Assembly: GCA_965372795.1 (NCBI GenBank)
Contig: CBDVDR010000029.1
Coordinates: forward strand, 1 to 23,957
Direction of reading: 5' to 3'
Origin: an uncultured bacterium
Lineage (GTDB): Bacteria > Zixibacteria > MSB-5A5 > GN15 > FEB-12
DNA length: 23,957 bases
Shown: positions 18,832 to 23,957 of the stretch, in pieces
How the letters are laid out: the number at the start of each line of letters is the position of its first letter
Numbering within the stretch: position 1 is the first letter of the stretch
Program-made: the position numbers and the translations under genes
The notes under the pieces: model-generated
Seen by the model: only the letters and a program-made list of their open reading frames with translations
The model's database searches: none
Told to the model about the DNA's origin: nothing

Positions 18832-19847
18832 AGGCATTCAAGGTTTCAATTCCGTTAAAGAAAAAATTTACTTTATCAAAGGGCGCGGCTTCTGTTAAGA
18901 CAAATTTAATTACAATTATGAATAATCGTTATAACGGCGAAGCCTCAGGCTCGGTTTACTATGGCCCTTCGGTTGAAGATATTGAAAAAGATATTTTAAT
19001 CGGAATAGAAAAACTTAATAAAATCGAAAAAATTGATCTGGAACTGTTAGATGAAATAAGCAACTGGAAAATTCATCCGGCAACCCGTTCGGCATTGGTT
19101 GGCATGATCGTGAATTATCTTTCAGGTGAATCAAAAAGATATCCCTGGGAAATTTTAGGGTTGGGTACTCCGATTGGAATTAAAAGTTCGATGACTATCG
19201 CTATTGAAAAACCATCTGATATGATCAATGCTTTGAAGACATCTGACTACCCAATTATTAAAATCAAAATGGGTAATGAAGAGGATATCTTATTGTTAGA
19301 CGGCTTGAGCAAAATTAAAGATAAAGAGATCAGAGTCGACGCCAATGGAGCCTGGTCTTGCGCTAAAGCGGAAGAGATGATATTTAATCTTTCAAAAAAC
19401 GGTGTTAAAATAATTGAGCAGCCAACTGATCCGGAATTCGTTAATGAATGGAAACACCTCAAAGGTAACTCCGAGGTTGAATTGATTATGGATGAAGGCT
19501 TGAACAATCTTGACGACTATAATAGATATTCTGAAAATATAGATGGTATAAATATAAAAATGGAAAAAAGTGGCGGAATTATTGAAGGTTTAAAAATTGC
19601 CCTGCAGGCTAGAAAAGATAAAAAGAAAGTTATGCTTGGTTGTATGGTTGAATCTTCAGTTGGAATTGCACAATCAGTCTATATGTCATCGGTTGCCGAT
19701 TACTTTGATCTTGATGGTGCGCTGCTTTTGGAAAATGATATCGCCCATGGAATCTTATATGACAGGGAGTCAATTGAGGTCGACCGTGAAATTATCGGAG
19801 GACCGAAATTAATACGCGATGTACTTGAAAAATATATCAAAGAGTAG
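18822..19847 (+). CDS. Dipeptide epimerase (L-Ala-D/L-Glu epimerase, YkfB/YcjG-like; enolase superfamily)
   Basis: KIK motif, metal ligands VDAN / IEQP / MDEG, second base NIKMEKSGG, GCMVES, DLDG; adjacent to a YkfC-like gene. Confidence 0.88.
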   Translation: MQIEAFKVSIPLKKKFTLSKGAASVKTNLITIMNNRYNGEASGSVYYGPSVEDIEKDILIGIEKLNKIEKIDLELLDEISNWKIHPATRSALVGMIVNYLSGESKRYPWEILGLGTPIGIKSSMTIAIEKPSDMINALKTSDYPIIKIKMGNEEDILLLDGLSKIKDKEIRVDANGAWSCAKAEEMIFNLSKNGVKIIEQPTDPEFVNEWKHLKGNSEVELIMDEGLNNLDDYNRYSENIDGINIKMEKSGGIIEGLKIALQARKDKKKVMLGCMVESSVGIAQSVYMSSVADYFDLDGALLLENDIAHGILYDRESIEVDREIIGGPKLIRDVLEKYIKE

Positions 19848-21786
19848 CACAGCTACTCTTATCTTTTTATTACTGCTGATTATTGTATCCGTCAGTGTTG
19901 CAAATACTGCAAACTTCGATAAAGCAGAAATAAAAATAATTTATCCTAAACCGGATCAAACAATATCAGCCGTTGATTCAACTTTTATCCTCGGGAATGT
20001 CCCATCAATCGAAGGATTGAAGCTCAATAAATTTACAATTAATAATTCACCCGTTCCCATTCATAAAGATGGTGGCTTTATTGCCTTTATTCCAATTACA
20101 CCGGGGATCTTTGTGTTTTATCTTGAAGCCGAGTATTCCCATAAAAAAAGAAGTAAGGATAAGTCGGCTTCAATTTCAAATCCTTATAAACTAACCAAAG
20201 CTTTAACGGTCAATGTACCTCAACCTCTAAAGACGTTACCTCTTGATTCACTTGTGATTTCAGGCGAATATAAACGATTGGCAAATTTTGTAACCTTCAA
20301 TACTGGCGATTTAATCAAAGTCTCTTTTCAGGGTACGCCAAACTGTGAAGCCTGGTTTTCAATTGACAGTATTGCCGACTCTATCCCGATGTCAGAGAGT
20401 GATCCAAGATTACAGCCCTATTGGGGTGAGTCAATTTTTGGGGGAGGGGCGGTACCCGATTCAATGAAAATAAAAGGAATATATTCTGGCTTCTATAAAG
20501 TCCCCTATAATCTTCAAGCTGACTCGGTCTCTATAACTTATCATCTTACGCCACCTAACAAGACATCCTTAGCCTGGAAATTACTTGCTCATAAACGTTA
20601 TGATAGAATAGAAGTCATCCAGCTTCTTTCCTTACCGGATACAATTCTTACATTAGAAAGTTCATCCAAAATTTCGTTGAACAGCGATAATTATCCATTT
20701 ACCGTTCGATTTATAGATTCGGTTCAAATAATCAGATTCAAACCAAGAAAAGGATATTTTTCAATTTTCCAGCATGAAGGCATCGAGGCTCTTGCTGTCG
20801 GTGAAGAAAATGGCTGGTATCGTTTGAAACTTTCCGAAACTCAATATGCTTATGCTCAGAAAAAATCAGTTGAAAAATTATCTGTCGGAATCCTCCCTCC
20901 GAAATCTTTTTTGAGTTCGGTCAGGGCGTATGATTTTTCTGATAAGGTCATTCTGAAATTTCCACTATCGGGGAAACATCCCTTCAAAGTTATAGAAGAT
21001 AATAATCAAAATATACGAGTCCATTTATACGGGGTAACCAGTGATACCGATTGGATCCGGTATGACTTAAACAGTGAAATAATCGACCTTGCAAGCTGGA
21101 GCCAAATTGAGCCCGATTTATTTGAATTAAATATTTCTCTCACAAAAAATATTTGGGGATATGACACCTATTATAGCGGGAATACTTTCTGTCTTCAACT
21201 TAATAAAGCACCTGAAAATCTTAATACCTTAAAAAACAAAATAATTGTAATCGATCCGGGGCACTCGTCTGATAAAGGATCAATCGGGACAACCGGTTTA
21301 ACTGAAGCGGATGCTAATCTTGCAATCTCACTTATGCTCAGGAAAGAACTCGAAAACAAAGGTGCCAAAGTTATAATGACTCGGGCTGATAACTCTCATG
21401 TCGATTTGTATGATCGCCCCGCTATTGCAAAAGCAAACGATGCTGATCTGTTTATCTCAATTCATAATAATGCTTTGCCGGATGGGGTTAACCCATTTGA
21501 GAATAATGGTACCTCAATTTATTATTATCATCCCCATTCTATAAATCTTGCCAGAGCCATTCATGAAGAAATGTTGAAAGAAATTAAATTGAACGACTAT
21601 GGTCTGTTTCATGGCAATCTGGCCGTCAACCGACCGACCCAATATCCGGCGGTTCTTGTCGAATGTGCTTTTATGATTCTTCCGGAACAGGAAGCTCTTT
21701 TGAAAACAGAAAAATTTCAAAAAAAGACTGCCAAAGCTATTAGAAAAGGAATTGAGACATTTCTGAAGGGATACGATGATGACTGA
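19819..21786 (+). CDS. N-acetylmuramoyl-L-alanine amidase (Amidase_3) with large N-terminal accessory region
   Basis: Signal/TM segment; SH3-like VGEENGWYRLKL; C-terminal IVIDPGH, TEADAN, MTR, LYDR, FISIHNNA, AVLVECAF. Confidence 0.92.
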   Translation: MYLKNISKSSTATLIFLLLLIIVSVSVANTANFDKAEIKIIYPKPDQTISAVDSTFILGNVPSIEGLKLNKFTINNSPVPIHKDGGFIAFIPITPGIFVFYLEAEYSHKKRSKDKSASISNPYKLTKALTVNVPQPLKTLPLDSLVISGEYKRLANFVTFNTGDLIKVSFQGTPNCEAWFSIDSIADSIPMSESDPRLQPYWGESIFGGGAVPDSMKIKGIYSGFYKVPYNLQADSVSITYHLTPPNKTSLAWKLLAHKRYDRIEVIQLLSLPDTILTLESSSKISLNSDNYPFTVRFIDSVQIIRFKPRKGYFSIFQHEGIEALAVGEENGWYRLKLSETQYAYAQKKSVEKLSVGILPPKSFLSSVRAYDFSDKVILKFPLSGKHPFKVIEDNNQNIRVHLYGVTSDTDWIRYDLNSEIIDLASWSQIEPDLFELNISLTKNIWGYDTYYSGNTFCLQLNKAPENLNTLKNKIIVIDPGHSSDKGSIGTTGLTEADANLAISLMLRKELENKGAKVIMTRADNSHVDLYDRPAIAKANDADLFISIHNNALPDGVNPFENNGTSIYYYHPHSINLARAIHEEMLKEIKLNDYGLFHGNLAVNRPTQYPAVLVECAFMILPEQEALLKTEKFQKKTAKAIRKGIETFLKGYDDD

Positions 21787-22030
21787 TAAAGCAACTAAAG
21801 AAAAAATAAAAAGTTCTGCTAATTGGATTATCTACGTATCATTACTATTAAGTGGCATAATTCTTTTAGCTAAAGCATTTCAATATACACACTTAGATAA
21901 ATGGACAGCCAAAATCGGCATTGCTTTATTATATTCTGCTATAGCTTTGTTTATCGGTAATGGAAGAAAATCTGGATATCTTGGGACTGTTATAATCTGG
22001 GCGATTGTCATTGTTTCTTATTTCATATAA
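21776..22030 (+). CDS. Small hypothetical membrane protein (about 3 TM helices)
   Basis: 84 aa with three hydrophobic stretches; SD-like GAAGGGA upstream; overlaps the amidase stop; start may be ATG 21776 or 21779. Confidence 0.7.
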   Translation: MMTDKATKEKIKSSANWIIYVSLLLSGIILLAKAFQYTHLDKWTAKIGIALLYSAIALFIGNGRKSGYLGTVIIWAIVIVSYFI

Positions 22031-22046
22031 TTAAAAGGAGTTAATA

Positions 22047-23036
22047 ATGAAAAAATTATTCATGACTCTATTATTTATCTGTTTCGGCATTTCTATTGTG
22101 TCCGCAGATACTTCTAAAACTTTTGAACCTCTGCATCCAGTGAATACCTATTCAATTGTTGCCTATGACAGTGCTACCGGACAATTCGGAGCCGCAGTTC
22201 AATCTCATTGGTTTAAAGTTGCCGATGTTATTTGGGTAGAACCGGGAATCGGCGCCGTTGCTACTCAATCTTTAGTCGATTTTGCTTATGGACCGCTTGG
22301 AATTGAGATGATGAAAAATGGAAAAACCGCAAAACAGGCTCTTGATGGTTTACTTGCCAGTGATCCTCAAAACGCTGTCCGGCAGGTTGCCATGATTGAT
22401 ATCAATGGGAATGTCGTTGCGCACACCGGTGACAAATGTATTGCCGAGGCTGGACATCGAATTGGTAACAACTATTCAGTTCAAGCCAATTTAATGCTTA
22501 AAGCTACGGTCTGGGATGCTATGGCAGTAGCCTTTGAAAATGCTCAGGGTGACCTTGCTGATCGTCTAATGGCTGCTTTAGAGGCAGCTCAGGGGGAGGG
22601 TGGCGATATACGCGGAATGCAATCGGCTGCAATGGTAGTCGTGAGTGGAAATCCAACCGGCATGAGTTGGAAAGATCAGATTGTTGATATACGAGTTGAC
22701 GATTCACCCGAACCATTAAAAGAACTTAAGAGACTACTGAATATTACCAAAGCTTATGATTATATGAATAAAGGTGATGATTTTATTGCTGTTGGGAAAT
22801 TTGATGAAGCCGGGAAAGCATATTCAAAAGCAGCTGAGATGGCTCCGGGAAATGCAGAGATAATGTTCTGGCAAGCTGTGACATTAGTTACTGTTGGAGA
22901 AGTCGAAAGATCGCTGGGGATTTTTAAAGATGTTTTTAAAATTGATAAAAACTGGAGAATTCTGATTCCAAGGCTAGTTGATTCTGAATTGCTCCCTAAT
23001 GATGATAAAATTATAAAACAGATAATGGATCAATAA
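22047..23036 (+). CDS. Exported DUF1028 (Ntn-hydrolase-like) protein with C-terminal TPR
   Basis: SD AAGGAG (22035-22040); signal peptide; TYSIVAYD...GAAVQS, GAVATQ, RQVAMID, HTG, QANLM, ALEAAQGEGGDIRGMQSAA, DIRVDD...PLKELKRL; TPR-like tail. Confidence 0.85.
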   Translation: MKKLFMTLLFICFGISIVSADTSKTFEPLHPVNTYSIVAYDSATGQFGAAVQSHWFKVADVIWVEPGIGAVATQSLVDFAYGPLGIEMMKNGKTAKQALDGLLASDPQNAVRQVAMIDINGNVVAHTGDKCIAEAGHRIGNNYSVQANLMLKATVWDAMAVAFENAQGDLADRLMAALEAAQGEGGDIRGMQSAAMVVVSGNPTGMSWKDQIVDIRVDDSPEPLKELKRLLNITKAYDYMNKGDDFIAVGKFDEAGKAYSKAAEMAPGNAEIMFWQAVTLVTVGEVERSLGIFKDVFKIDKNWRILIPRLVDSELLPNDDKIIKQIMDQ

Positions 23037-23065
23037 AAAAAGACCACTTTTTTAAAGTGGTCTTT
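23035..23065. terminator. Bidirectional intrinsic terminator between convergent genes
   Basis: AAAGACCACTTT-TTT-AAAGTGGTCTTT is a 12-bp inverted repeat; the A run at 23035-23041 gives a U-tract on the - strand. Confidence 0.85.
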
Positions 23066-23080
23066 AGTCATGCCGCTCAG

Positions 23081-23713
23081 CTATTTTTTACCTTTTTTCT
23101 TTCTACCAGACTTTTTCTTTTCATCCTTGGCGGCTATCTTTTTCTGTTTATGTTTCGCCTTTTTAGCTTTTACAGCTTTATTGATTTTTACAAATTTATT
23201 TCCTGAGGCACGAAGTTTGATAACTTCTTCAGGTGAATAACCATAATGCAAAGATATAAATCTAAGATTAACAAAATTAATAATATCCAGATCAGTTAAA
23301 CTAATAGTGTGCCATTTGTTCTTAGGTTTATTTTTAAAATGCCCATAAGCTTTTCCATAGGGGGGACCTGGCGTTTTGGTTACCGGGTAATAATAAATTC
23401 CGGCACTGAGATCGAAATGGTGGGTTATTTCCATCCATGACAAGCCTCTCAAACGAAGTTTGATAATTGCTTTGGGTCTTACACCGGCATGTTTGGCGAT
23501 GAAAAATACTATCGGGAGCTCATCGTCTGGGATATTGTTTTTAACAACTATATTAATCTCACTTCTATCAACTCCATAAAAGTCTCCGATAGCAAGATGA
23601 AAGCTTTTTATGCCGTCCTCATCAGCCGATATGCCAATACTTACACCAGCTGAGATCTGTGTTGATCCTAATAAAATCAAAAGGGCCGGGATGAATAAAA
23701 GTATTTTTTTCAT
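23081..23713 (-). CDS. Exported hypothetical protein with internal repeat, GPPYGKAYG motif and Lys-rich tail
   Basis: 210-aa ORF; SD AGAAAGGA (23726-23719); signal peptide MKKILLFIPALLILLGSTQISA; ends beside a terminator. Function not recognised. Confidence 0.8.
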   Translation of the reverse strand: MKKILLFIPALLILLGSTQISAGVSIGISADEDGIKSFHLAIGDFYGVDRSEINIVVKNNIPDDELPIVFFIAKHAGVRPKAIIKLRLRGLSWMEITHHFDLSAGIYYYPVTKTPGPPYGKAYGHFKNKPKNKWHTISLTDLDIINFVNLRFISLHYGYSPEEVIKLRASGNKFVKINKAVKAKKAKHKQKKIAAKDEKKKSGRKKKGKK

Positions 23714-23731
23714 GATATTCCTTTCTATGAG

Positions 23732-23761
23732 AAAAAGCCACTAACTAAGTAGTTAGTGGCT
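23732..23761 (-). terminator. Terminator-like hairpin immediately upstream of the - strand gene
   Basis: On the - strand: AGCCACTAACT-ACTT-AGTTAGTGGCT-TTTT, a perfect 11-bp stem followed by a short U-tract. Confidence 0.75.
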
Positions 23762-23900
23762 ATCCCAAACAAACAATGAATAAGAAATTTATTTAAATCC
23801 TAAAAACATGAATTCCTTTTTGGTTTTCATGGAATTATTATATTATTATTTCTGATCTTTTTTTCGGAAAAGTTATTTTTTAAATTAGATTTTACGTTGA

Positions 23901-23957
23901 ATTAAATTGGATTCAGAAATTTTGGATGTAGGATGTGGTGCAGGATCCTTACTTCTA
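23901..23957 (+). pseudogene. Class I SAM-dependent methyltransferase fragment running off the window edge (remnant, or a gene with a very short N-terminus)
   Basis: Translates as IKLDSEILDVGCGAGSLLL (motif I). In-frame stops TGA (23898-23900) and TAG (23886-23888) lie directly upstream, and no SD is visible. Only 19 codons can be seen. Confidence 0.45.

Noticed and set aside
20441..22600. Two GGGGAGGG KOPS-like octamers on the + strand (20441-20448, 22593-22600)
   Set aside because: Both lie in Gly-rich codons, two sites are too few to show skew, my scan was not exhaustive, and the KOPS motif of this lineage is unknown.
158..22716. Numerous 60-115 aa antisense or alternate-frame ORFs in the track (e.g. 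4510-4770, 13608-13934, 13901-14248, 16540-16869)
   Set aside because: They overlap well-supported genes and show no recognisable motifs; consistent with shadow ORFs.
1..23957. CRISPR array, tRNA/rRNA, IS/integrase, defence-system genes
   Set aside because: Intergenic gaps are short and explained by terminators and promoters; no spaced direct repeats, cloverleaf, or transposase/recombinase motifs were seen by eye.

Overview
AT-rich bacterial chromosomal segment from a diderm organism (LptD, LolA and BamD homologues). Assignment to the FCB group or a neighbouring lineage (e.g. Zixibacteria-like) is only a weak inference from gene content and order. Almost all genes are on the + strand: partial AlaX-type tRNA editing protein, a very long OstA/LptD protein, HU, the tightly coupled ftsK-lolA-rimO-slt-bamD-nadD-polA-coaE block, a single-chain transketolase, and a class I/II aminotransferase. 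A terminator-bounded five-gene unit follows that looks like peptidoglycan-peptide turnover (NlpC/P60 endopeptidase, dipeptide epimerase, MurNAc-L-Ala amidase, small 3-TM protein, DUF1028-TPR). Near the right end is one convergent gene for a secreted hypothetical protein, with a terminator-like hairpin just upstream of its RBS and a 13-codon uORF further upstream. The last ~57 nt encode a SAM-methyltransferase motif I that the ORF track does not list. No mobile element, CRISPR array, rRNA or tRNA was seen. The window is mostly housekeeping. The best leads are the PG-recycling unit, the OstA-LptD fusion and the attenuator-like leader.
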